Part shown: one piece after another, positions 10,342 through 19,058 of the stretch
Position numbering within the stretch: position 1 is the first letter of the stretch
Layout: each line of letters opens with the position of its first letter
Assembly (NCBI GenBank): GCA_033813295.1
Contig: JAPXRZ010000002.1
Coordinates: 75,803 to 139,802, forward strand
Source of the DNA: Methanolinea sp.
GTDB taxonomy: Archaea; Halobacteriota; Methanomicrobia; Methanomicrobiales; Methanospirillaceae
Direction of reading: 5' to 3'
DNA length: 64,000 nucleotides
Made by a program: the position numbers and the translations under genes
Notes under the pieces: model-generated
Seen by the model: only the letters and a program-made list of their open reading frames with translations
The model's database searches: none
What the model was told of the DNA's origin: nothing

Positions 10342-10373
10342 TGTATATATTTGTACATCAATGTACATATAAA
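10342..10373 (-). promoter_or_regulatory. trp operon promoter: TATA-like box overlapped by three phased TGTACA/TGTATA hexamers (TRP-box-like operator)
   Basis: Plus-strand text is aTGTATAtatTTGTACAtcaaTGTACAtataaa. Hexamers sit at 10342-47, 10352-57 and 10362-67, exactly 10 bp apart. TTTATATG on the coding strand spans 10373-10366. This is the only AT-rich patch upstream of trpE. Confidence 0.6.
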
Positions 10374-10499
10374 TACTTTTTGAACTGGCTGGTCCTGCCA
10401 TTTGTGGCTGTTCACTCCTGCCGCACGGTTGAGCGTGGCGCGCAGGTGCACGGGGGGCACAACCTGGGCAGCGGCTTCCGGGGCCCTGCGAACCGGAGA

Positions 10500-11507
10500 T
10501 CACGGCCAGGGCAGCCGCCGGAAGATCCCCCGGGTATGTGTCGGCTTTCCGTCTGCGATAGCACAGTTCACGTTCCCTTCAACCGGTATTTTCTGCCCCG
10601 ATTTGCCGCGGAAGACCGCTTTCACCCGCTCCACCTTCTTTCCTGACGTTACATCCCGGAAGGCGGCCTGACAGTGGTCCAGGCTGGAAGGGTCGACGAT
10701 ATCAAGGAGGGTGAGACTACCGACCTCTTCGTCCGTGTATCCCAGGGCTTCCTTCCAGGCCCGGTTCACGTACAGGAACTTCCCGTCCGGACTGACGCTC
10801 TGCACCATGTCGCTTGCGTTGTCCAGCAGGTCACGGTAGAGGGCTTCAGTCTGCTCGAGTGCTTTTCCGGCGGCCTTGAGGTCGAGGAGGGTCTGTATCC
10901 AGTGCCTGACCTCGATGGACGGGATCTGGTACCGGCGGGCGTCCTCGGCAGGGATGTAGAAGAGGTTCTTCACCACCTCTGTCCCGATGACTGCCACAGG
11001 GTGGGTGCGCAGCACGTCCTGGAGTACGGAAGCGGGAAACATCCCGGCCTGGTACCCGCACACCAAGACCAGCTCCTGTTTGCGGAGCAGCACCTCGAGC
11101 CCGGCTGTATCGCTGGCAAGCCGCTGGCTGGAATGGGTCTCCATGGGGATGGGAGGGACCTCCCGCATGATGCAGAGAGCGGAAAAACCCGCCGCCCGTG
11201 CGTCTGCGGTCTGTTTTCGCAGGAAAACTCCTGCCTTCTCTGCCGTGGAGAAGTTGCGGTGGAACTCCGGGTCGGTGGTATCCGTGATCGCCCGCTGGCC
11301 CGCAGTCCCGGTGATTTCCCCGGAAAAAACAGCTTCAATGGATGTGCGCGTGTTTACCCGGGCAATGTACAGGAATCGCCACCCGCATCTCAGGCAATGC
11401 TGCCAGACGGCTCGTGCCACGGCGGCCAGTTCATGCTCATCCTTGTAGAGCAGGCATGCATGGTCACCTGGCGCCAGTTCATCGCGGTTCCTGGCCTGAT
11501 CAATCAC
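10500..11507 (-). CDS. MEDS-domain plus PAS-domain sensor protein
   Basis: N-terminal GDHACLLY (MEDS hallmark). C-terminal PAS region LYRDLLDNASDMVQSVSPDGKFLYVNRAWKEALGY. GTG start at 11507. Confidence 0.8.
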   Translation of the reverse strand: MIDQARNRDELAPGDHACLLYKDEHELAAVARAVWQHCLRCGWRFLYIARVNTRTSIEAVFSGEITGTAGQRAITDTTDPEFHRNFSTAEKAGVFLRKQTADARAAGFSALCIMREVPPIPMETHSSQRLASDTAGLEVLLRKQELVLVCGYQAGMFPASVLQDVLRTHPVAVIGTEVVKNLFYIPAEDARRYQIPSIEVRHWIQTLLDLKAAGKALEQTEALYRDLLDNASDMVQSVSPDGKFLYVNRAWKEALGYTDEEVGSLTLLDIVDPSSLDHCQAAFRDVTSGKKVERVKAVFRGKSGQKIPVEGNVNCAIADGKPTHTRGIFRRLPWP

Positions 11508-11634
11508 CGGGATACCTCCCCGTTGGGTGCGGGCTGCCCCCTGGGTAAGGAGCTATATGGGGAAGTGGTGGAGGTTATTGATAAAGATATATGTTTTTCC
11601 GCCAGCGAATCAGTGATGCAGGAAATAGCCGCAA

Positions 11635-12771
11635 TCAGGACCCGGCCCCGGCGCTGACCTTCACCCTCCGGGCAATCCGGTAGCCTGATATAACGGAAAT
11701 ATGCCTCCCAAAAGATGCGTCTACCTCGGCGTCCCCCGTGTCCACGAAGAGGAGCGGGGTCACCGCAAGTTTGTGGGGAGTCGCCACCACGATGACCTGG
11801 TCCGCCCCGATCCGCCGTAGGACCGCCGGGCTCACCTGCTGGGTGCCCCGCCCGAGCACCGACCCCTGGGCGCCGATGACGCTCACCACCAGCCGGGCCC
11901 GGGGGTGTTCGTCGAGGAGCGTCAGCATCTGCTGCTCATTGGCGTCTGCAGCCACGAGCATCCCGCCCCTGATGGCATCGAACCCGAGGAGGGTCTTTGA
12001 CAGGCCAAACAACGCCGCGATGGCTGCTGTAGTGCTCCCCGGGCCAAGGAAGTACAGGATATCCGGGGTGCCCTCCATCACCTCCGCCAGGAACCGGGCG
12101 ATGCCATCCCTGGCCCTCTCCTCGTCCTGGTCCTCGAAGACCTGCTTCGCGCCCTGGACCAGGCCCGGGCGGTAGGGGGAGCGGGCTATGCCATGGAGCC
12201 GGGAGCGGAGCTCCCCGCCGCGGTACGCCTCCTCGTCGACATCCATCACCTCGGCATCCCGCAGGAGAATCTTCTCCCCTTTCCCCGGGCCCTGGAGGAG
12301 GAGAGCAGCGGCTGCCTCCGGGGTCAGGGCAAAGACCGATGAGTACATCTTCACCCCGGCCGGGATACCGAGGATAGGCACCGTGTCCCCGGCCACGTCA
12401 TAGAGGTCGCGGGCGGTGCCGTCCCCCCCGCAGAAGAGAATGAGGTCGACCCCCGATTCGAGGAACGCCCGGCAGGCCCGGCAGGTGTCCTCTGCGGTGG
12501 TCTCCGGGCCGGAAGTCTCGTGCACCACACGGTACTTCACAATCCCGGCCTCCAGCAGCTCCATTTCGCCCATTTCGCCGGAGCAAGTGAGGTAAAAGAA
12601 CGGGGCCTCTGCAAGAAGCCGAACGGCTGCAACCGCCCGATCCCTGGCCCTGGGTACTGCTCCCCTCCGCAGGGCTTCAGCGAGGAGGCCGTCGGTCCCC
12701 TTGAGCCCCACTGTCCCGCCCATGCCCGCAATGGGATTTACCACGAACCCGATGCAAAATGGTGCAGACAT
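11635..12771 (-). CDS. ATP-NAD kinase family protein (COG3199-like)
   Basis: Motifs FVVNPIAGMGGTVGLKGTDG and FCGGDGTARD. Confidence 0.8.
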   Translation of the reverse strand: MSAPFCIGFVVNPIAGMGGTVGLKGTDGLLAEALRRGAVPRARDRAVAAVRLLAEAPFFYLTCSGEMGEMELLEAGIVKYRVVHETSGPETTAEDTCRACRAFLESGVDLILFCGGDGTARDLYDVAGDTVPILGIPAGVKMYSSVFALTPEAAAALLLQGPGKGEKILLRDAEVMDVDEEAYRGGELRSRLHGIARSPYRPGLVQGAKQVFEDQDEERARDGIARFLAEVMEGTPDILYFLGPGSTTAAIAALFGLSKTLLGFDAIRGGMLVAADANEQQMLTLLDEHPRARLVVSVIGAQGSVLGRGTQQVSPAVLRRIGADQVIVVATPHKLAVTPLLFVDTGDAEVDASFGRHISVISGYRIARRVKVSAGAGS

Positions 12772-12796
12772 GAAAAAAAGAAGAAATTTTAGCTGT

Positions 12797-14158
12797 TCAC
12801 GTTGGTATCTTCGGGATTCGGCCCAGGGCCTCCTTTATCAGCTGGTCCGGGTACTCGTAATCCGACAGTTCACCGGCATAGTACGCATCGTACGCGGACA
12901 TGTCAAAGTTCCCGTGCCCCGAGCAGTTGAAGAGGATGGCCTTCCCCTCGCCGGACTTCCGGCATTCCAGGGCCTTGTCGATGACAACCTTCACCGCGTG
13001 GGCGGTCTCGGGCGCGACGATGATCCCCTCGGTCCTGGCAAAGGTCTGGGCGGCGTCAAAGACCTCGGTCTGGTGGCAGGCCGCGGCGGTCATCACCCCG
13101 TCATGGACCAGCCGGGATACAATCGGCGAGTCCCCATGATAGCGCAGGCCCCCGGCATGGATGGAGGGCGGTACAAAGTCATGGCCCAGGGTGAACATCT
13201 TCAGGAACGGTGTGAGGCCGGCCACGTCCCCGTAGTCGTAGGTATAGAGCCCCTTGGTCAGGGTTGGGCAGGCCGCCGGCTCGACAGCGATGATCTCCGT
13301 ATCCTTGTGGGTCCCATGGAGCTTGTCACCGGCGAAGGGAAAGGAGATCCCGGCAAAGTTTGAGCCGCCCCCCACGCACCCGATAACGATATCGGGGTAT
13401 TCGTCCACCGAGGCCATCTGCTCTTTTGACTCGAGGCCGACCACGGTCTGGTGCAGGCAGACATGGTTGAGGACCGAGCCGAGGGAATACTTGGTGTTGT
13501 CATGGGTCGCGGCGTCCTCGACCGCCTCTGAGATGGCGATGCCCAGGCTTCCCGGGGTATCCGGGTCCTTTTCCAGGACTTTCTGGCCGGCCTTCGTCTT
13601 CGTGCTGGGGCTCGGGATGCACTCGGCCCCCCAGACATGCATCATGGACTTGCGGTAGGGCTTCTGGGTGTAACTTGACCGCACCATATAGATAGTGCAG
13701 TCCATGCCAAGCAGGCAGGTGGCAAAGGCAAGTGCTGATCCCCACTGCCCGGCCCCGGTCTCGGTGGCAAGCCTCTCCACTCCTTCTTTCTGGTTGTAAT
13801 ACGCCTGGGCCACCGCGGTATTCGGCTTGTGGCTCCCTGCAGGGCTGACCCCCTCGTATTTATAATAGATACGGGCAGGGGTCTTGAGGTGCTGCTCCAG
13901 GCGGTGCGCCCGGTAGACCGGGCTCGGCCTCCAGAGCCTCAGGATCTCCCGGACATCTTCCGGGATGTCGATGGACCGCTGCGGGCTCATCTCCTGCCGG
14001 ATCAGTTCCATGGGGAAGATGGGAGCCAGATCGGCAGGGGTGACCGGCTTTCCCGTTGCCGGGTGGAGGGGAGGGTCGAGCGGCGTGGGAAGGTCAGCCA
14101 GGACATTATACCACCGCCTGGGCAGGTGGTCCTCATCCAGAAGGATCTTGGTATCCAT
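12797..14158 (-). CDS. trpB2: TrpB2-type tryptophan synthase beta-like PLP enzyme
   Basis: Motifs [15 protein letters not shown] (PLP lysine), [11 protein letters not shown] and ETGAGQWG. Start trimmed to ATG 14158 ([18 protein letters not shown]); the track start at 14200 lies inside the promoter. Confidence 0.9.
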   Translation of the reverse strand: MDTKILLDEDHLPRRWYNVLADLPTPLDPPLHPATGKPVTPADLAPIFPMELIRQEMSPQRSIDIPEDVREILRLWRPSPVYRAHRLEQHLKTPARIYYKYEGVSPAGSHKPNTAVAQAYYNQKEGVERLATETGAGQWGSALAFATCLLGMDCTIYMVRSSYTQKPYRKSMMHVWGAECIPSPSTKTKAGQKVLEKDPDTPGSLGIAISEAVEDAATHDNTKYSLGSVLNHVCLHQTVVGLESKEQMASVDEYPDIVIGCVGGGSNFAGISFPFAGDKLHGTHKDTEIIAVEPAACPTLTKGLYTYDYGDVAGLTPFLKMFTLGHDFVPPSIHAGGLRYHGDSPIVSRLVHDGVMTAAACHQTEVFDAAQTFARTEGIIVAPETAHAVKVVIDKALECRKSGEGKAILFNCSGHGNFDMSAYDAYYAGELSDYEYPDQLIKEALGRIPKIPT

Positions 14159-14173
14159 ACATGATCTAAGGTC

Positions 14174-14199
14174 TGTATAAATATATACATTGTTGTACA
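14174..14199 (-). promoter_or_regulatory. trpB2 promoter with the same three phased TGTACA-like hexamers plus a TATA-like box
   Basis: Plus-strand text is cTGTATAaataTATACAttgtTGTACAt. Hexamers sit at 14174-79, 14184-89 and 14194-99 (10-bp phasing). An ATTTATA-like box on the coding strand lies about 20 nt upstream of ATG 14158. Confidence 0.6.
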
Positions 14200-14256
14200 T
14201 TTATGGTAATTTTTTATCCATGAACTTATGGTCCTGCCAGGCTGCAGGCTTCCGGC

Positions 14257-14577
14257 CTACTCCTGCATCAGCCGGACTGCTTCATCCCGGGTGGCGCCCA
14301 TGGAGAAGATGCGGGAGAAACCGGTCAGGTTGAAGACCTCCAGGACAGGGGGCTGCAGCCCGGCCAGGGCCATCCTGCCTTCGCGGGCTTTGAGCCGCTT
14401 CATCGCCGACAGGAGCACGCGGAGCCCCGCACTGCTCATGTATTCCACCAGGGCGAGGTCCACCACGACCCTGCGGGCGCCCGCGTCCAGGACCCGGGCC
14501 AGTTCGGCTTCCATGGCCGGGGCCGTCGTCGCGTCGACCCTTCCTGAGGGGGAAATCACCGGGATATCATCTATCAT
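14257..14577 (-). CDS. STAS-domain protein (anti-sigma-factor-antagonist fold)
   Basis: 106 aa with DLALVEYMSSAGLRVLL. This is the STAS core, and a Ser sits at the position phosphorylated in SpoIIAA-type proteins. Confidence 0.85.
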   Translation of the reverse strand: MIDDIPVISPSGRVDATTAPAMEAELARVLDAGARRVVVDLALVEYMSSAGLRVLLSAMKRLKAREGRMALAGLQPPVLEVFNLTGFSRIFSMGATRDEAVRLMQE

Positions 14578-14607
14578 GGAACTGGAATCTATATTGTCCC
14601 GGCGAGG

Positions 14608-16395
14608 TTATGAGCCTGGCAGGTCGGTATCCATTGCCGGGTACTCAAGCCGGACACCGGTATCGCCTGCATCGAGTCTGCCGCCTGACAGGCCGGCCGA
14701 CCTGGCAGCGAACCGGAGGGCAGCTTCCCCGAGAGGACCGCGGCACCCCCTGGAATCCAGGGATACCCACACCAGGCTGCCTTCCAGCCCGGTTGCCAGC
14801 CTGACGCCAGCCGCCCCGGCAGCTGCCCATCTCTCCAGGAGATAGAGGAGCACGTCACCAAACCTCTCCCGGTCCAGCAGGACGGAGGGGAGGTGCTCCC
14901 CGGGGCTAAACTCGATGGCCAGGCCCTCGAAAGGGTTCACCGCGGCAATGCGGACAGCCAGGGCCCTGGCAAAGGCCTCCTGATCATCGGTATCGATCAG
15001 GTCCCACTCCGGGTATCCCCGCCGGCTTACAGCTGATACAACCTCTGCGGCGGCGATGGAGATGTCGGTTCCCTGGAGGTCAATCTGCGGGCGGAAACCC
15101 CGGAAGGTTGTTGTATAGTCCTCGAGGAGCCTCCCTGCCCTCCGCACGAGCGAGAGGTCCAGGAGCGTCCCCAGCAGCTCGCCATAGTAGACACGCTCCA
15201 GCTTGCCGGAGATCTGCCCGGCCTTGAGCGCCAGGTGGATGTCCAGGGCGTCCCCGTGCCGGTATTCTGCCGAGAACCGTGCAAAATCAGCCAGGAGATC
15301 GTCTACCAGGGCTATATCGATAAGGGACCCCAGGCGGTCAGCCTCCCCCGCCTCTTCGAGCTCCCCGAGCATGTGCGTTACGAATACCAGTTTCCCGGAG
15401 ATGATGGTGAAGAGCCGTTCGACCTCGTTCATCAGGTCCTCGGCACACCGGGCGGTCTCGTGCACCCATGCAGGGTTGACCGCCTCGATGCCAGCCAGGC
15501 GCTCCGCTTCAATCCGCATCGTCCGCAGCGTTTGAAGGGTGGCAGGGACGTCAAGGGGCAGGCCATGCCCAGGGAGGCAGGCCGTTACGCCCCCCCTGGA
15601 GAGGAAGGCAATGACCCGATCCAGGGAGGAGATAAGGGTCTCCCGGTCCCACCCGGAGAGGCCTGCCACCGCCGGGGCCGTTGCAAAGATGAGGTCCCCG
15701 ATGAAGAGAGCCCCGCCCATCCGAATGCAGATGCTGTCCGGGCTGTGCCCCGGGGTTGAGAAGAACTCCATGGAATCTCCCCGGGCAAGGGGCAGGGTCT
15801 GGCGGGCTATGACCAGGCCGCCCCCGAGGTCGACCGGGTCATAGCAGGTGATGCAGGGAGTGCCGGCCAGGGATAACTCCTCCTCCCCCTGGCTGCAGCC
15901 GCCAATGAGCCGAAGATCCGCGGAGAGAGGGGAGATCTCGACCTGGACGATGTCTGCGATCGTGGCAGCCCTGTCGGCGGTCTCCAGTGCCCGGGCGCCC
16001 CGCTCCTGCACCACCACCACCCTGGAGGGAAGCTCCCGGAACCCATGGTGCTGCAGGAGCTGGAGGCAGTGGTCCAAGTGCACGTGCGTTAAGCAGATGA
16101 ACACCGGGCGGGGCTGCTCTTCCAGGAGGTGCCGTATCTCGGCGAGCAGCACCTCTGCCTGCCCGGGCAGGCCGCCGGGGTCCACCAGGACCAGCCGTTC
16201 ACCTGTGGCCACCAGGTAGGAGTTGGAGGATATGATGTCCACCTTGCGGATGAAAGGGAACAGGGACCCCCCGGGGACTCCCGGGAGTGGCTGCCATGCC
16301 TGGTTCCTGAACAGCTCCCTCTTCTCCCCCGGTGCGCTTTCCCGTTCCCGGTTCCCCCTCGCCATGGTATCCTCTGACCCCTGGTATCCGATCAT
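14608..16395 (-). CDS. metallo-beta-lactamase-fold domain fused to a helical linker and a degenerate HATPase_c-like C-terminal domain
   Basis: MBL motifs LTHVHLDHC, STPGHSPDS and LPGHG. The C-terminus FGDVLLYLLERW...VSLDSRGCRGP...AGLSGGRL...GVRLEYP resembles N/G1/G2 kinase boxes but lacks the N-box Asn. A 30-nt gap separates it from the STAS gene. Confidence 0.75.
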   Translation of the reverse strand: MIGYQGSEDTMARGNRERESAPGEKRELFRNQAWQPLPGVPGGSLFPFIRKVDIISSNSYLVATGERLVLVDPGGLPGQAEVLLAEIRHLLEEQPRPVFICLTHVHLDHCLQLLQHHGFRELPSRVVVVQERGARALETADRAATIADIVQVEISPLSADLRLIGGCSQGEEELSLAGTPCITCYDPVDLGGGLVIARQTLPLARGDSMEFFSTPGHSPDSICIRMGGALFIGDLIFATAPAVAGLSGWDRETLISSLDRVIAFLSRGGVTACLPGHGLPLDVPATLQTLRTMRIEAERLAGIEAVNPAWVHETARCAEDLMNEVERLFTIISGKLVFVTHMLGELEEAGEADRLGSLIDIALVDDLLADFARFSAEYRHGDALDIHLALKAGQISGKLERVYYGELLGTLLDLSLVRRAGRLLEDYTTTFRGFRPQIDLQGTDISIAAAEVVSAVSRRGYPEWDLIDTDDQEAFARALAVRIAAVNPFEGLAIEFSPGEHLPSVLLDRERFGDVLLYLLERWAAAGAAGVRLATGLEGSLVWVSLDSRGCRGPLGEAALRFAARSAGLSGGRLDAGDTGVRLEYPAMDTDLPGS

Positions 16396-16427
16396 TATTG
16401 CTCCCCGGGATCACATATGTAATCTCC

Positions 16428-17726
16428 ATGCCGGGGCAGCTGCCTTTGATCTGCCCGCCCGGACCCGGGCGGTTCGCCGCGCCCGAGAATGACCAGTGGG
16501 ACTACCTGCTCTCCTCCATATGGAGCCAGATGCTCCACCTGGTGGTTTCACTCGAGGGGAGATTAAATCACGCCCGCCTCATGCAGGCCGCGCTCCTTCT
16601 CGCGGACTCCATCCCCCTCCTGAACTGCCGGTTCGTGGAAGAGCCGGGATCCGCCTGGGAACGCCTGCCTGCCCCCGACCCCGGAACCGTCTGCCCGCTG
16701 GTGGAGGACCCGTCTCCCGGTGCCATCCAGCAGGCTCTTGTCACCCGCCTGGACCCGGCTGAAGGCCCGCAGTACCGTGTCACGCTGGTCAGGGGGGAAT
16801 CGGACACCCTCATCCTCTCGGTCAACCACAGTGCCTGCGACGCCAGCGGAGTCAGGTTCATTGCCCGCTCGCTCTGCACCGCCTACCGGGAGCTGGCCGT
16901 AAACCCTGGCTTCACTCTCCCCCGGGAAGATCCGTGCGACCGGTCGCTCGATCCCGTCCTGGCCCGGTTCGCTCCCGGAGAACGGGAACGCTTCTTCCGC
17001 GAATCGGGAGGCTTAACCGCCGACTGGGGGATGCCGTTCCGTACATTCACATGTACATCCCCCGGCTGCAGATGGATAAGCCTGGACCAGGCACAGTTCC
17101 GGGCTATGAAGACCTCGGCGCAGGAGCACAGCGTCACGGTAAACGACCTTCTCCTGGCCGCGTTTTTCTCCACCCTCCAGGAATACATCCCTCACCAGCC
17201 CGGGCGCGAATACCCTGTTCTCACCTCCATCGACCTGCGCCGGTACCTGGGTCCCCATGCCCCGGCCGTGGCCAACCTCTCGGTGGCCTTCGAAGTCCGA
17301 CTTCCTGCCGGGCTCCCTTATTCCCGGACCATGGGGAGGGTTCACGCGGCCATGCAGGAGAAGAAAGATAACCATGCCGGGATAGGGGCGGCGGTCAGGG
17401 TGGTGAATCAACTCTCGGCGGGGCTCCCTGCAGCCAGATCGGAGCTGCAGGACCTGAAACGGCGCAGCCGCGAGGACCGCTATCCCAAGAACCCCTTCTT
17501 CACCAATACCGGGGTCATTCAGCCGGAATGCGCGGATTACGGGGATATCCGCACCACCGGGGCGTTCCTGGCCCCGCCGGTGGATTATCCCCCCTCCTTT
17601 GGCCTGGCAGCGAGCACCTTTGCCGGCCGGCTCACGCTGTCGACCTGCTTCTGCCGTGATGCCCTCCCTGCAGCACTTGTAGAAGAGCTCCTCTCCCGGA
17701 TGGCGGGGCTCCTCTCTCCACCCTAG
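16428..17726 (+). CDS. stand-alone condensation-domain-like acyltransferase (HxxxD family)
   Basis: About 432 aa. VNHSACDASG (HxxxD, codons at 16827-16841) sits at the expected distance from the N-terminus. Start trimmed to ATG 16428, outside the divergent MBL gene. Confidence 0.7.
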   Translation: MPGQLPLICPPGPGRFAAPENDQWDYLLSSIWSQMLHLVVSLEGRLNHARLMQAALLLADSIPLLNCRFVEEPGSAWERLPAPDPGTVCPLVEDPSPGAIQQALVTRLDPAEGPQYRVTLVRGESDTLILSVNHSACDASGVRFIARSLCTAYRELAVNPGFTLPREDPCDRSLDPVLARFAPGERERFFRESGGLTADWGMPFRTFTCTSPGCRWISLDQAQFRAMKTSAQEHSVTVNDLLLAAFFSTLQEYIPHQPGREYPVLTSIDLRRYLGPHAPAVANLSVAFEVRLPAGLPYSRTMGRVHAAMQEKKDNHAGIGAAVRVVNQLSAGLPAARSELQDLKRRSREDRYPKNPFFTNTGVIQPECADYGDIRTTGAFLAPPVDYPPSFGLAASTFAGRLTLSTCFCRDALPAALVEELLSRMAGLLSPP

Positions 17727-17747
17727 GGTTATCTCTCCACCCTGGGG

Positions 17748-18245
17748 TTACAGGTTCACCAGGACCGCAGCACCGGTTTCCGTATCATATAATGCGCAGG
17801 TTGGTGTCCCGGTCAGGTACCCGCAGACCTCCCCGGGGTTCACCACCAGGGTCCGCTCCTTCTTCTCCACCTGCCCCCGGTGGGTATGCCCATGCACCAC
17901 CAGGTCATATTCCCCGCCCTGGACGGTCGCGGCGAGCAGTCCCTTGTCGTGCCCATGCAAAAGGGCGATATGCCTCCCGTCCCGGTCGATCTCGGTGAAT
18001 GTTCCCCTGATTTCCAGTGAAGGGTGTTCGGCGCAGCGGACCGTCAGGAGCTCCCGGTCGCCGTCGTTGTTCCCAAAGACCCCCACCATGCCAGCTTCCA
18101 GCCCGGCCAGCACCGGGATCACGAAAGGGGCAATGTAGTCCCCGGTATGCAGGACCAGGTCCACCTGTTCGGCATTCATGCGCCCGACGACCCGGCGGAT
18201 GTTGGGGAGGTGGTCGTGGGTATCGCCCATGATCCCTATCCTCAT
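17748..18245 (-). CDS. MJ0936/YfcE-type metallophosphoesterase
   Basis: Motifs GDTHD, HTGD, GNNDGD, LLHGH and GHTH in canonical order. Confidence 0.9.
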   Translation of the reverse strand: MRIGIMGDTHDHLPNIRRVVGRMNAEQVDLVLHTGDYIAPFVIPVLAGLEAGMVGVFGNNDGDRELLTVRCAEHPSLEIRGTFTEIDRDGRHIALLHGHDKGLLAATVQGGEYDLVVHGHTHRGQVEKKERTLVVNPGEVCGYLTGTPTCALYDTETGAAVLVNL

Positions 18246-18350
18246 CGTAATCGTACCCCTGCACTCACCTTGCCACCAGGATACAAAAACCTAGGTGATC
18301 CCCGGTTCCCCGTACCGCCATGAATCCCCCGGGGGCAAACCTTATCCGCC

Positions 18351-18737
18351 ATGCCGGCTATGAGGACACGGATGGCAGACAAATTGAACGTAGAAGCATG
18401 TATCCGCGGCCTGGAGCAGGCCACCGGGGCAGACGGCCCCCAGGGCCGGAGAAAGGCCCTTGACCGGCTGGTGGTCCTCCTCTTTACGACCGATACCGCC
18501 GCCCCGGCCCTGGTCTCCCTGGGAGGCGTCAGGCTCCTCCTGGACGCAACGCGGGACAGGGACGAGAAGGTCCGGCTCCATGCCGTCCATGCCCTTGCAC
18601 GGCTGGCCTCGGTCGGGTACACAAAGGCGGTCAGGGACGCGGGCGGGGTGCCGGCCCTCAAGGCACTGCTCGATGACCCGTACCTCCCCATCCGGGAGAT
18701 GGCCGCAAAAGCGCTGGAAAAGCTGCAGGAGATCTAG
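18351..18737 (+). CDS. HEAT/armadillo-repeat protein
   Basis: Repeats of the type DRDEKVRLHAVHALARL and DPYLPIREMAAKALEKL. Confidence 0.65.
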   Translation: MPAMRTRMADKLNVEACIRGLEQATGADGPQGRRKALDRLVVLLFTTDTAAPALVSLGGVRLLLDATRDRDEKVRLHAVHALARLASVGYTKAVRDAGGVPALKALLDDPYLPIREMAAKALEKLQEI

Positions 18738-19051
18738 ATGCAGTCCTTTCGCTTCTCCTCCTCCTTAAGGGCGGACTGGAGCACCCCTTCCAGGGTCTCC
18801 CCTCCCTCCAGGGTGAGGACCTCAACCAGGCCCCCGGGCCAGCAGATCCGGGCAGCCTTCCCCCGCGCTCCGGGCGGGACCAGATAGGCGGCCCCCTGCT
18901 CCCAGGAGCCGCGGAGTACCCGAACTTCCCAGATACCAGAGCGGTCTGTCACCAGGACGAGGAACCCGGGGTGGCGGGCCTCGAACGCCCGGACCTCCGC
19001 TCTCAGCGCTTCGCTGATCGAAGACGGGTCCTGAAGGGTGAATTCGGCCAT
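18734..19051 (-). CDS. hypothetical protein (~105 aa)
   Basis: Start trimmed to ATG 19051 (MAEFTLQDPSS...), 8 nt after the DUF362 gene stop. No recognisable domain. Confidence 0.5.
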   Translation of the reverse strand: MAEFTLQDPSSISEALRAEVRAFEARHPGFLVLVTDRSGIWEVRVLRGSWEQGAAYLVPPGARGKAARICWPGGLVEVLTLEGGETLEGVLQSALKEEEKRKDCI

Positions 19052-19058
19052 CCTTCCC

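Noticed and set aside
10500-11507. The MEDS/PAS gene directly upstream of the trp operon, considered as the trp regulator.
   Set aside because: It has no DNA-binding domain that I can see. It is co-directional and separated from the operon by the trp promoter. Adjacency alone does not support a regulatory link.
17039-17057. GTACA...TGTACA pair (cgtacattcacatgtaca) resembling the TRP-box hexamers.
   Set aside because: It lies in the middle of the condensation-domain CDS, far from any promoter. A few chance TGTACA occurrences are expected in 64 kb.
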